This document shows positions 19,000 to 31,448 of a stretch of DNA of 64,000 bases, one piece after another; positions within the stretch are counted from its first letter, which is position 1; each line of letters starts with the position of its first letter. A model generated the notes under the pieces. The model did no database searches. It was not told where the DNA came from and was given only the letters and a program-made list of their open reading frames with translations. Source of the DNA: an uncultured Collinsella sp. (GTDB taxonomy: Bacteria > Actinomycetota > Coriobacteriia > Coriobacteriales > Coriobacteriaceae); assembly GCA_900542125.1 (NCBI GenBank), contig UQMO01000001.1, forward strand, positions 4,876 through 68,875, written 5' to 3'. The position numbers were made by a program, and so were the translations under genes.

Positions 19000-20337
19000 A
19001 TGAACCAGCAGAACATCGATTACGTACTCCGCTCCGTAGAGCAGCGCGACATCCGCTTTGTGCGTCTGTGGTTTGTCGACATTCTCGGCCGCCTCAAGAA
19101 CTTTGCCATTAGCCCCGAGGACCTCGAGGTCGCTTTTGAGGAGGGTATTGGCTTTGACGGCTCCGCCATCGAGGGCTTTGCTACGCCCGAGGAAGCCGAC
19201 ATGCTGGCGTTTCCCGATGCTTCGACCTTCCAGATTCTGCCGTGGCGCCCGAGCCACAACGGCGTCGCCCGTGTGTTCTGCGACGTGTGCACTCCCGATC
19301 GCAAGCCGTTTGCCGGCGACCCGCGCGATGCCCTGCGCCGCATGTTCCGCAAGGCCGAGAAGGCTGGCTATCTGCTCAACGTGGGCGCCGAGCTGGAGTA
19401 TTACTACTTCCCCGACGAGCATACCCCTGAGCCGCTCGACAATGTGGGCTACTTCGATCTTTCGGTGAGCGATGCCGCTCGCGACCTGCGTCGCAACACG
19501 GTCCTCACGCTCGAGAAGATGTCCGTGCCCGTGGAGTACACCTTCCACGCCGCCGGTCGCTCGCAGCACGGTATGAGCCTGCGCCACGCCGAGGCCCTGA
19601 GCATGTCCGACGCCATCACCACGGCCAAGCTCATCATTAAGCAGCAGGCTTACGAGAGCGGGTGCCACGCCTCCTTTATGCCCAAGCCGCTGGCGGGCGA
19701 GGACGGCAGCGCTATGTTCCTGTGCCAGTCGCTATTCGACCACGACGGCAACAACGTCTTTTGGGGCGAGGACGACGAGAAGTATCACCTCTCCGATATC
19801 GCCAAGCACTACATGGCCGGTATTCTGGCACATGCCCGCGAGATCAGCGCTATCACTAACCCCACGGTCAACTCGTACAAGCGCATCACCACGGGCGGCG
19901 ACTCCGTGCCGCAGTACGCCACGTGGGGCCTGCGCAACCGCGCGAGCATGGTCCGCATCCCGGTCTACAAGCCTGGCAAGCAGCTGTCCACGCGCATCGA
20001 GCTGCGCAGTCCCGACCCCATGGCCAACCCGTACCTGGTCAACGCCGTCACGCTGGCGGCTGGTCTGGACGGCATCGAGCGCAAGCTGGAGCTCCCGCCC
20101 GAGGCAACGGCCGAGACGCTCAAGCTTACCGACCGTCAGATGGTCGAGGCCGGCTACACGCCGCTGCCGCGCTCGCTCAAAGAGGCGCTCGACGTGTTTG
20201 AGGACTCGCAGTTTATGAAGGATGCCCTCGGCGAGCACATCCACAGCTTCTTCCTCAAAAAGAAGCGCGACGAGTGGCATAAGTTTGAGTCTACGATTAC
20301 CGAGTGGGAGATCAAGCACTACCTGGCGAACTCCTAA
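19000..20337 (+). CDS. Glutamine synthetase family protein with degenerate active site
   Basis: GS-I fold motifs FDGSAIEGF, SFMPKP, NPTVNSYKR, NRASMVRIP and RIELRSPDP; several metal ligands are replaced (see findings). Confidence 0.88.
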   Translation: MNQQNIDYVLRSVEQRDIRFVRLWFVDILGRLKNFAISPEDLEVAFEEGIGFDGSAIEGFATPEEADMLAFPDASTFQILPWRPSHNGVARVFCDVCTPDRKPFAGDPRDALRRMFRKAEKAGYLLNVGAELEYYYFPDEHTPEPLDNVGYFDLSVSDAARDLRRNTVLTLEKMSVPVEYTFHAAGRSQHGMSLRHAEALSMSDAITTAKLIIKQQAYESGCHASFMPKPLAGEDGSAMFLCQSLFDHDGNNVFWGEDDEKYHLSDIAKHYMAGILAHAREISAITNPTVNSYKRITTGGDSVPQYATWGLRNRASMVRIPVYKPGKQLSTRIELRSPDPMANPYLVNAVTLAAGLDGIERKLELPPEATAETLKLTDRQMVEAGYTPLPRSLKEALDVFEDSQFMKDALGEHIHSFFLKKKRDEWHKFESTITEWEIKHYLANS

Positions 20338-20387
20338 TCGCGCTGGCTTGTTCCAGTACGATTGAGCTCATTTCTTTGGAGGCCGAT

Positions 20388-21050
20388 ATGTCCGAAAAGA
20401 GTGCCCTGTTCATGGCGCGTACGACGCGCTTCCACGAGTTTGCCCGCAGCTTGACGACCACCCTGGGTGTCGAGGTGAGCCTGGCTACCCCCGATTCGCC
20501 GACTGCGGCGCACGACTTTGACCTGCTGATCCTCGATTCCGATGGTATCCGCAGCGACCGCATCGATCAGATTGCCAAATGGCTCGACGATCGCGGCGGC
20601 GTTCCCATGCTGGTGATCGTCGACGATGAGGCCCTTGGCACCCTGCGCCTGCCGAATCACGCGCATGCCGACTTTGTGTGCCCCACGGCGACGCCCAACG
20701 AGCTCAAGGCTCGCGCGCAGCGCTTGATGGGCGAGGAGGAGACCGTTACCGCCGACGATGTGCTCAACATCGATAACCTTGAGATCAACCTGGCTACCTA
20801 CCAGGTGACGCTCGATGGCGAGCCCATCGACCTGACGCTGATGGAGTACTCGCTGCTGAGCTTTTTGGCGACGCACCCCAACCGCGCCTACAGCCGCGAG
20901 GTGCTGCTGCACCGCGTATGGGGCTTTGAGTACTGCGGCGGCACGCGCACCGTCGACGTGCACATTCGACGCATCCGCTCCAAGGTGGGCCCGCAGATCG
21001 CGGCGCACATCACCACCGTCCGCGGCGTGGGTTATCTGTTTAAGGACTAG
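20388..21050 (+). CDS. OmpR-family orphan response regulator, GlnR-like
   Basis: LTLMEYSLL...SRE.LL..VWG...GGTRTVDVHIRRIRSK...TVRGVGY; atypical receiver domain; no adjacent kinase. Confidence 0.8.
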   Translation: MSEKSALFMARTTRFHEFARSLTTTLGVEVSLATPDSPTAAHDFDLLILDSDGIRSDRIDQIAKWLDDRGGVPMLVIVDDEALGTLRLPNHAHADFVCPTATPNELKARAQRLMGEEETVTADDVLNIDNLEINLATYQVTLDGEPIDLTLMEYSLLSFLATHPNRAYSREVLLHRVWGFEYCGGTRTVDVHIRRIRSKVGPQIAAHITTVRGVGYLFKD

Positions 21051-21054
21051 ATTT

Positions 21055-21087
21055 CCACCACAAAGGGGACAGGCACCTTCGTGGTGG
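21055..21087 (+). repeat. Short GGGGACAGG-loop hairpin repeat (REP-like)
   Basis: CCACCACAAAGGGGACAGGCACCTTCGTGGTGG; relatives at 37251, 37398, 38358 and 47382. Confidence 0.8.
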
Positions 21088-21258
21088 TTTTGCCGCATGC
21101 GTGGATCCCTTTCGAGTTTGCAGCAGAACTTAAGCCTTCCTAAAAGATTGCGTTCTCATACACGTTCGCCCGCATATTGGGGTACAACTCAACGTGAACA
21201 ATGATGGCCCGCCACATGTTTGGCGGGCCTTTGGTTATTTGACGAAAGGATCGCAGCT

Positions 21259-22725
21259 ATGAGCGAGTACGATTCCCAGCGTCCCCAGGATGCGGGCAAC
21301 GCCGGCGAGACCCAGCAGCAGCCGCGCGTGCAGGTGGAGTCGACGCCTGCCGGTAGCAACATTCCCTACGTGCAGGCTTACGACACGCAGACCGGAAAGC
21401 CGCTGGGCAGCCAGCAGGTTGTAAACAAGCACACAGTGGTCAAAACCAAGACCAAAAAGTTGCCGATCTTTATTACGGCACTCGCCGGCTGTGCCTGCGG
21501 CGCCCTGCTGGTCATTGCGCTCATTATGAGCGGCACGCTCGATATCGGTGGCGGCAAGAATGCCGTGACGGCGGGTGCTTCGGGTTCATCGACGCAAAAG
21601 ATTACGATTGATTCCGAGGACACCACGCTGGCCGAGGCCGTTTCTGCCAAGGCATTGCCCTCCGTGGTTTCCATCACCGCCACTTCGAGCGGTAGCCAGA
21701 ATGGCTCGCTTTCGCAGTCTGCCGACGAGTCGGACAACTCGGGCAGCGTCGGTTCGGGCGTGGTGCTCGATACCGAGGGCCACGTCCTCACCAACAACCA
21801 CGTGGTCGATGGCTATGACCAGTACGTGGCTACCATGGACGACGGCACTACATATGAGGCCGAGTTCGTTGGCAACGACGCCTCGAGCGACCTGGCCGTC
21901 ATCAAGCTCAAGGATGCCGATGCCTCCAAGCTCACGCCGATCGAGATTGGTGATTCCTCCAAGCTCAACGTGGGCGAGTGGGTCATGGCGATTGGCTCGC
22001 CCTTCGGCAACGAGCAGTCTGTCTCCACCGGTATCGTCTCGGCGCTGTATCGCTCCACGGCCATGAGCTCTACCAGCGGTAACACCATCTATGCCAACAT
22101 GATCCAGACTGATGCCGCCATCAACCCGGGCAACTCCGGCGGCGCGCTCGTCAACGACAATGGTGAGCTGGTGGGTATCAACTCGCTCATCGAGAGCTAC
22201 TCGGGCTCCAGCTCGGGCGTGGGCTTTGCCATTCCGGTTAACTACGCCAAGAACATTGCCGACCAGATCATCGACGGCAAGACGCCGGTGCATCCGTACA
22301 TGGGCGCCACGCTTTCGAGCGTCAATGCGCTTAACGCCCGCACCAACAAGCTGAGCACCGATAGCGGCGCGTATGTGGCGAGCGTCGTTGAGGATGGTCC
22401 TGCTGCCAAGGCCGGCATTCAGGAGGGCGACGTCATCACCAAGCTGGGCGACGACGAGATCACGAGCGCCGATGGCCTGATCATCGCACTACGCAGCCAC
22501 GAGGTGGGCGAGAAGGTCGAGATCACGCTCATGCGCGGCAAGGAAGAGAAGAAGGTCACCGTCGAGCTGGGCTCCGATGAGGAGCTGCAGAACCAGCAGC
22601 AGGACGACAGTTCGACCGACACCGGCAACGGCGGTATTACCGACGAGCAGCTGCGCCAGTACCTGGAGGAGCTGCTGGGCCAGCAGGGTCAGGGCCAGGG
22701 TCAAGGCTACGGTCAGAGTTTCTAA
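21259..22725 (+). CDS. htrA: HtrA/DegP-like membrane serine protease with PDZ domain
   Basis: TM anchor, LTNNHVV, DLAVIK, TDAAINPGNSGG, C-terminal PDZ. Confidence 0.93.
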   Translation: MSEYDSQRPQDAGNAGETQQQPRVQVESTPAGSNIPYVQAYDTQTGKPLGSQQVVNKHTVVKTKTKKLPIFITALAGCACGALLVIALIMSGTLDIGGGKNAVTAGASGSSTQKITIDSEDTTLAEAVSAKALPSVVSITATSSGSQNGSLSQSADESDNSGSVGSGVVLDTEGHVLTNNHVVDGYDQYVATMDDGTTYEAEFVGNDASSDLAVIKLKDADASKLTPIEIGDSSKLNVGEWVMAIGSPFGNEQSVSTGIVSALYRSTAMSSTSGNTIYANMIQTDAAINPGNSGGALVNDNGELVGINSLIESYSGSSSGVGFAIPVNYAKNIADQIIDGKTPVHPYMGATLSSVNALNARTNKLSTDSGAYVASVVEDGPAAKAGIQEGDVITKLGDDEITSADGLIIALRSHEVGEKVEITLMRGKEEKKVTVELGSDEELQNQQQDDSSTDTGNGGITDEQLRQYLEELLGQQGQGQGQGYGQSF

Positions 22726-22863
22726 CGAGCTGTATCGCACATACCGATGCCAGAGGGGGCTGTCCCGCCAACGCGGGACAGCCCCCTCTTTTCGCGATGA
22801 TCCCTTGGGGACGGAGGAAAACGGATCACTTGTGGCTGGCAAGAGGCTTGTTTCGGTATGGTC

Positions 22864-25403
<2,540 letters not shown>

Positions 25404-25438
25404 TGATTTGTTGAGGAACTGCGCAGAGGCTCAGTTCC

Positions 25439-25825
25439 TCAACATCTCCTTATAGTGTTTGCCTGTTCAATTTCGATATCGTTTCCCTCGTATGATCCAG
25501 ATGCGTCTACCGACTCAAAGCGTGAGTAGGAAACTCTTGTCCCAACTTTGATTTGGGAAAGCTTGTCTTTGATTCGGCCAGATGAGGGGAATGTAATCCG
25601 GGTTTGCTTTCCAGCGTCGGTGTAGCGGGGACTGTTGTCTGTTTGGATTACGAGTTCCGTTCCCTCAATAGAATGAACGCTGCCGGCTCCAAAGACAAGG
25701 TAATCATCTCCTCCGCTATAGCGGGCTCTATCTGTGCATGAAGAAACGGATGCAAACATAGCGAAAATCACCAATATCGTAACCAGGGCAAAGGCCGTGG
25801 TGCCATAGCATTTTGATGGTGCCAT
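25439..25825 (-). CDS. Hypothetical membrane-anchored/exported protein
   Basis: N-terminal hydrophobic stretch ending in SSC; directly follows the upstream gene; low GC. Confidence 0.6.
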   Translation of the reverse strand: MAPSKCYGTTAFALVTILVIFAMFASVSSCTDRARYSGGDDYLVFGAGSVHSIEGTELVIQTDNSPRYTDAGKQTRITFPSSGRIKDKLSQIKVGTRVSYSRFESVDASGSYEGNDIEIEQANTIRRC

Positions 25826-25830
25826 CCGGT

Positions 25831-27003
25831 CTACCAAAAGACTGTTCCGTTCAATTTGACCATATTGGGCGTTGCATAGTTAATCGCTCGGGGATAAGTG
25901 TTCCATCCGTCGAATACTTCGAGCCACTGCAGTTCGATGCCAGAGCTTCCATTATGCCCAGTAAAATAGCCAGTTACCGTGACTGTATGACCTGATAGCT
26001 CGACGGATCCTTCACTGTTTCGGCTGTTGATCCACATATGATACAAGCCGATATTCCCTTGATCGATAGTTGCTCTGTACTGAGCGAATTGAGGCTGATA
26101 ACCGAAAAATTGAGTATTAAGTGCTCTACCCTTTTGAGCGGCAAGACTTTTAAACGGAACAATTCCATCTGGGATGATCGTGCTTCCGTACTCGACGCCC
26201 TGATCATTGGTCTTATACGTTGTTGTGCCAGTGACGTTCCATATTTCTTTATAATAATCGGGATTAAATTGATTAGCGTTTGAACTGGTGAGACCGTAAT
26301 GCATTGATACAGCGTACAAGGCAGAAACGACGCATGCATACTTATTAGTGCGGGCTTCAACTAATGATTCCGAGACTCCTCGGAACGGTATTCCGTTTAA
26401 ATCGTCTATTTGGAAATGCAACATCAAGTCATCTTCATTGATAATGACTGCATCCCATGAAGTTGGGTTATTGCTTTGAGGTGCTATACCCTTTTCGGTG
26501 ACAATTGGGACAGACCGTATATTGTTATAGTTGGTTACACAGTCTCTAGTTCCTGGCACCAAAGTTCCATATTCAATATCGTTGTACGAAATTAGTACGG
26601 TTGGGTTTGTGGCCTGTTGGCCGGAATAAGTTGAAATGGCGTTTGATAGAGAAGCTGAAATCGGAAGAATGGTATCGCCGAGGGTTATCTCCTTCAGAAG
26701 CCCAGGATATGATGCGTCAAGTATTAAATAACCGTAAGGGCTTCCTTCCCTTGTGACACTGATTTCATAGCCACAGATAAGGCCGATTTGTTGGCATACG
26801 GGAACGATTTGCTCGATCTCTAAGTTCGCGGATCCGTCGACGATGGGCAACAGGGAAAGCGCGTAGTCTTGTGCTAGGTCTGATGTAAAAGCGACGGATG
26901 AGTTTGAGTCGGCAGCGAATACTCTTGTTGGGCGTGACGCGGATAAGCCGATGATCGAGGCTAGGCCGAGAAGAAACGAGCGACGTGATTGAACTCTGGG
27001 CAT
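25831..27003 (-). CDS. Tat-exported papain-like (C39/C10-like) cysteine peptidase candidate
   Basis: SRRSFL twin-arginine signal; YACVVSA (Cys), GHTVTVTGY (His), VFDGW (Asp); RBS AGGAG; low GC. Confidence 0.65.
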   Translation of the reverse strand: MPRVQSRRSFLLGLASIIGLSASRPTRVFAADSNSSVAFTSDLAQDYALSLLPIVDGSANLEIEQIVPVCQQIGLICGYEISVTREGSPYGYLILDASYPGLLKEITLGDTILPISASLSNAISTYSGQQATNPTVLISYNDIEYGTLVPGTRDCVTNYNNIRSVPIVTEKGIAPQSNNPTSWDAVIINEDDLMLHFQIDDLNGIPFRGVSESLVEARTNKYACVVSALYAVSMHYGLTSSNANQFNPDYYKEIWNVTGTTTYKTNDQGVEYGSTIIPDGIVPFKSLAAQKGRALNTQFFGYQPQFAQYRATIDQGNIGLYHMWINSRNSEGSVELSGHTVTVTGYFTGHNGSSGIELQWLEVFDGWNTYPRAINYATPNMVKLNGTVFW

Positions 27004-27111
27004 AATGTCTCCTGCCTATGGGGGGCAATATGCTGTCATTTTATTTGCTACATAATACAATCTAATTCGGATTAAGGTAAATGGATGGAATTGCTCGATA
27101 AATGGTAGTGA

Positions 27112-27951
27112 TTAGCGGACCGGTATCGCGATCCTCGTCACATACGCCCCCGGGTCGTCGCTGATGATGTCGTCGATCAGGGCGATCTCGCGCGAGGGAC
27201 CGGCGGGTGTCAGGTTGCGCTCGCGCATATAGCTGAGCAGCTGCTCATAGCGTGGGGTTGCTTGCCCGTGCGTGCCGCGAAAGCTAATGGTCAGGCAGCG
27301 CGCGGCGGGTCGCGTCTCGAGGTCGCCCACGTAATCATCGGTGTCATCGAGCAGCAAAAAGACCTCGTCGTAGCCATCAAAGTCGCCGGCGGCGAGGCGC
27401 TCGGCGCTAATCCCAACGCCCAAGTTGCCCAGAAAGACAAAGGTCTCGTGCTGGCCCTTCTGCAGCTGACGAATCTGCCACTCCAGCGCATAGGCGTCGG
27501 TAGGCTTGACGCGTTCGCGCAATACGGCGCAGCGAAGCTCGGGCGCATCGATTGCGCAAATGGTATCGAGCTCGGTGTTCAGGGCATTGTGAAGCAGGGC
27601 AAGCCGGTTGTCGATCTTGCGCGACACGCGCTCCAGCTCGCGGCGCTTGCGCTCGATGAGCTCCTGCTGCTGAGCCAGCTGCCGCTGCATAAGGTTCACG
27701 TCGCGCGTGGTCACAAACTCACGGATTAGCGCGAGCGGCAAGTCGAGAACACGCAGGTGGCTGATGGTGTTGAGAGTGGAGAGCTGCCGCGATCCGTAGT
27801 AGCGGTACCCACTCGCCGGATCGATGTGTGCCGGGTCCAGCAAGCCCATCTGCTCGTAATGGCGCAACGTGCCCACGCTTAGGTTAAACAAGCGCGCCAC
27901 CTCGCCAATGCGGAGCAGACCCTCGGTATGTTCAGTTGGCGAGTCGGTCAT
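27112..27951 (-). CDS. MerR family regulator with GyrI-like effector domain (BmrR-like)
   Basis: LRIGEVARLFNLSVGTLRHYE..GLL...SGYRYY HTH; C-terminal ..SRE....TRIAIPV. Confidence 0.92.
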   Translation of the reverse strand: MTDSPTEHTEGLLRIGEVARLFNLSVGTLRHYEQMGLLDPAHIDPASGYRYYGSRQLSTLNTISHLRVLDLPLALIREFVTTRDVNLMQRQLAQQQELIERKRRELERVSRKIDNRLALLHNALNTELDTICAIDAPELRCAVLRERVKPTDAYALEWQIRQLQKGQHETFVFLGNLGVGISAERLAAGDFDGYDEVFLLLDDTDDYVGDLETRPAARCLTISFRGTHGQATPRYEQLLSYMRERNLTPAGPSREIALIDDIISDDPGAYVTRIAIPVR

Positions 27952-28012
27952 GGCGCCGCTCCTTTCAATGGACGGGGAAGGGGCGCCGAGGTCGTACGAC
28001 GCAAACGATCCT

Positions 28013-29359
28013 CTACGCTGCCAACTTGTCAAAAGCCCCACGCCGGTTGAGCACGGTAAACGCGACAACACAGATGACTGCCGACAAAATCGAGCCGCAT
28101 GGCGAAGCGATGCCCATGGGAAACAGCGTGTCGGAATAGGCGTTCGACAGCAGCCACGCGCCCGGCACGCGAATGAGTGCCACGGCCAGCACGTTGTGCG
28201 CAAAGCCGATGTAGCTCTTGCCGTATGCAGCGAAAAAGCCACTAAAGCAAATGTGGATGCCGGCAAAAATCGCGTCGAAAATGTAACTGCGCATATAGCC
28301 GGTACCGGCCGCGACGACCGCGGAGTCCTTGGCAAAAAAGCCGATAAACGCCGGTGCCACCAGCCACATCAGCACCGTGATCAGGCAGCCATACACCACC
28401 GAGATCGTCATGGCGTCTTTGAGCACCTGACGCGCGCGATCGCCCTTGCCCGCGCCGGCGTTTTGCGCCGTGAGCGCGCTGACGGTGGCACCCATGGAAC
28501 TCGGCACAATGAACAAAAAGCTGATCATCTTTTCGACCAGGCCCACGGCGGCGGCGTCGACGAGCCCTCGGTGGTTGGCGATGACGGTGATAAACATAAA
28601 CGCCACCTGGATGCAGCCGTCCTGCACGGCCACAGGCACGCCGATCTTAAGAATGCTGCCGAGCACCTCGGGCTGGGGACGCAGGTCACTGCGCTTAACG
28701 TGGATGTTCGTGCGACGGCTCTTGAGCCACACGAGCGCGAGGGCAACGCTGGCCGTCTGGGCGGTCACCGTGCCGAGCGCCGCGCCCACGGGGCCGAGCC
28801 CCATGTGCCCGATAAACAGAAAGTCGAGCGCGATGTTGATGATGCACGCCACGCCAATCACGTACATGGGCGAGCGCGAATCGCCCAGGCCGCGAAAGAT
28901 GGCCGAAAGGATGTTGTACGCGGCGATAAAGGGAATGCCGACAAAGCAGATACGCAGGTAGGCGGAGGTGCCTTCGACTGCCTCGGCCGGCGTGCCAATG
29001 AGTGCCACGATCTGCGGGCACAGCGCAAGCAGGACAGCGGCCAGTACCACTGAGACACCCATAAAGAGCGTGATGGTGTTGCCGATGGCGGTCTCGGCGC
29101 GGTCAAACCGGCGCGAGCCCACGGCGTGGCCAACGATAACCGTCGTTCCCATGGCCAGGCCCACGAGCGTCACGGTAATAATGTAAAGCGTCTGCGCGCC
29201 ATTGCCCACGGCGGTGATGCCGGCGGCACCGCTGAATTGCCCCATCATGTACAGGTCGGCCATGCCGTAGAGCATCTGCAAAAAGTACGAGAGCATATAA
29301 GGCAGGGCAAAGACCGCGATGGTCTTAAGGACATTGCCGCGTGTGAAGTCGTGTTCCAT
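28013..29359 (-). CDS. MATE family efflux transporter
   Basis: FALPYMLSYFLQMLYGMAD and FRGLGDSRSP motifs; about 12 hydrophobic segments. Confidence 0.93.
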   Translation of the reverse strand: MEHDFTRGNVLKTIAVFALPYMLSYFLQMLYGMADLYMMGQFSGAAGITAVGNGAQTLYIITVTLVGLAMGTTVIVGHAVGSRRFDRAETAIGNTITLFMGVSVVLAAVLLALCPQIVALIGTPAEAVEGTSAYLRICFVGIPFIAAYNILSAIFRGLGDSRSPMYVIGVACIINIALDFLFIGHMGLGPVGAALGTVTAQTASVALALVWLKSRRTNIHVKRSDLRPQPEVLGSILKIGVPVAVQDGCIQVAFMFITVIANHRGLVDAAAVGLVEKMISFLFIVPSSMGATVSALTAQNAGAGKGDRARQVLKDAMTISVVYGCLITVLMWLVAPAFIGFFAKDSAVVAAGTGYMRSYIFDAIFAGIHICFSGFFAAYGKSYIGFAHNVLAVALIRVPGAWLLSNAYSDTLFPMGIASPCGSILSAVICVVAFTVLNRRGAFDKLAA

Positions 29360-29399
29360 GGGCGGGGCTTTCTGGCTGGGTTTGTTTACGTACCAGTGT

Positions 29400-29430
29400 A
29401 GTGAAAACCCTACAACGATTGTAGAGTCAA
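29400..29430 (-). promoter_or_regulatory. MerR-type promoter (19-bp spacer with dyad)
   Basis: Minus strand: TTGACT-ctacaatcgttgtagggtt(19)-TTCACT; dyad CTACAA-tcg-TTGTAG. Confidence 0.75.
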
Positions 29431-29618
29431 GGTTTATGTCGACAGTGGGGCGAAATAAGTCGCGTGCACTATTATTCCGAGTGAATATGGACACACATCA
29501 CGAGAACTCGCCGCCGGCGCTAACCTTGCAGAAAACGATTTCGGAATACTTGACACCATTATTCGGCGCGCAATAATACGTGCGTTTGCGAACAACGTTT
29601 GATGGGGGTTGAACCTGC

Positions 29619-31448
29619 GTGCGCAATCTCAAAATACTGTTTTCCTATCTAGGGGCATACCGTCGCGATGCCATCCTCGGCGTGTTCTTTGTGTCGGTCG
29701 AGACGGTGCTCGAACTGTTTATCCCGGTCATCATGGCCAACATCATCGATGTGGGCGTGCCTGCGGGTGATATCAACTACATGCTGCTGCAGGGGTCGTA
29801 CATGTTGGTGTGCGCTGCGCTTTCGCTGGTACTGGGCTTGGGTTATGCACACACGTCCGCCCGCGTTGCCTCGGGCCTAGGCGCTAACCTGCGCGAGGCT
29901 GAGTACAAAAAGATTCAGACGCTCGCTTTTGGTAACCTGGACAACTACGACGCCAGCTCACTCGTCACCCGCATGACCACGGACATCACCGTTATCCAAA
30001 ATGCTGTGGGCAACGGCTTTCGCCCTATGGTGCGCGGCCCGGTGACGCTTATCGTCGGCCTTATCTACGCGCTGATGCTGTCGCGCCCGCTCGCCACCGT
30101 CTTTGCGATCATCTTGCCCGTGCTGGCAATCGTGCTGGGCGTCATCACCTATCGCGTGAGCCCGCTCTACCGCCAACTCCAGACCTCGATGGACCACCTC
30201 AACGGCGTGGTACAGGAAGACCTCACCGCCGTGCGTGCCGTCAAGGCCTACGTTCGTACCGAGCACGAGGAGGCCAAGTTCGACACCGTCAATACCGAGC
30301 TCGCGCGCACTGCGACAAAGACCTTTGGCAGCGCGGTGCTCAACCTGCCGGTGTTTCAGCTGTCGATGTACGTGGCTGCGCTCTCCATCCTGTGGATTGG
30401 CGGCCACATGATTCTCGCCGGCAAGCTGGGCGTGGGCTCGCTCACGGGCTTTATGAGCTACGTGCTGCTGATCATGAATTCGCTCATGATGATTTCCAAC
30501 GTGTTTTTGCTGCTCACGCGCGCTCTTACGAGTGTGGGCCGTATCGCAGAGGTGCTCGATGAGGAGCCCTTTATCGCCAACCCCGCGGGAGACCTCGCGA
30601 TTGCGGCGCCAGCGGACGGCAGTATCGAGTTTCGCGACGTTTCCTTTAAATACCGCGCGGATGCAGCCGAGGATGTGCTCGAGCATATCGACCTTCGCAT
30701 CGAGAGCGGCTCGACGGTGGGCATCCTCGGCGGCACGGGCTCGGGCAAGAGCTCGCTTGTGCAGCTGATTGCGCGCCTGTACGACGCCACCGAAGGCGCC
30801 GTGCTTGTGGGCGGACGCGACGTGCGCGACTACGACCTCGCCGCCTTGCGCGACGCTGTGGGCATTGTGCTGCAAAAGAATGTGCTGTTCACGGGCACCG
30901 TGCGCGAGAACCTGCAGTGGGGCAATCCGCAGGCGTCGGACGATGAGCTCCTCGCGGCTTGCCGCGCGGCGTGCGTGGACGAGTTCCTTGATCGCATCGG
31001 CGGGCTGGACGGCGAGTTGGGCCAAGGCGGCGCCGGTGTCTCGGGTGGCCAGAAGCAACGTCTGTGCATCGCGCGCACGCTGCTCAAGCATCCGCGCGTG
31101 CTCATTTTTGATGACTCCACCAGCGCGGTCGATATGGCGACCGACGCAAAGATTCGCGAGCACATCGCTCGGATTCCCGATGCGACCGTGCTCATCATCG
31201 CCCAGCGCATCGCGAGTGTCATGGATGCCGATCGCATTGTGGTGCTGGACGACGGTCGTGTCCACGGCGTGGGCACGCACGAGGAACTGCTGGCGGGCGA
31301 CAACATCTACCAGGAGATTTACGCCTCGCAGATGGAGTTTGCGAGGAACGCGGAAGCCGGCGACGGCAGTGACGATGGTTGCGCGAATGATCCGTTTTCC
31401 TCCGTCGCATGCGGATCGCCCTTGGAAGGGGGTGAGCGTCATGCCTAA
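29619..31448 (+). CDS. ABC exporter fused permease/ATPase, subunit 1
   Basis: TM domain, Walker A GGTGSGKS, VSGGQKQR, degenerate Walker B IFDDS. Confidence 0.92.
   Translation: MRNLKILFSYLGAYRRDAILGVFFVSVETVLELFIPVIMANIIDVGVPAGDINYMLLQGSYMLVCAALSLVLGLGYAHTSARVASGLGANLREAEYKKIQTLAFGNLDNYDASSLVTRMTTDITVIQNAVGNGFRPMVRGPVTLIVGLIYALMLSRPLATVFAIILPVLAIVLGVITYRVSPLYRQLQTSMDHLNGVVQEDLTAVRAVKAYVRTEHEEAKFDTVNTELARTATKTFGSAVLNLPVFQLSMYVAALSILWIGGHMILAGKLGVGSLTGFMSYVLLIMNSLMMISNVFLLLTRALTSVGRIAEVLDEEPFIANPAGDLAIAAPADGSIEFRDVSFKYRADAAEDVLEHIDLRIESGSTVGILGGTGSGKSSLVQLIARLYDATEGAVLVGGRDVRDYDLAALRDAVGIVLQKNVLFTGTVRENLQWGNPQASDDELLAACRAACVDEFLDRIGGLDGELGQGGAGVSGGQKQRLCIARTLLKHPRVLIFDDSTSAVDMATDAKIREHIARIPDATVLIIAQRIASVMDADRIVVLDDGRVHGVGTHEELLAGDNIYQEIYASQMEFARNAEAGDGSDDGCANDPFSSVACGSPLEGGERHA

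Noticed and set aside
30769..31440. N-terminal extension of the second ABC subunit
   Set aside because: Overlaps the preceding ABC gene in another frame; ATG 31441 has an RBS and typical translational coupling.
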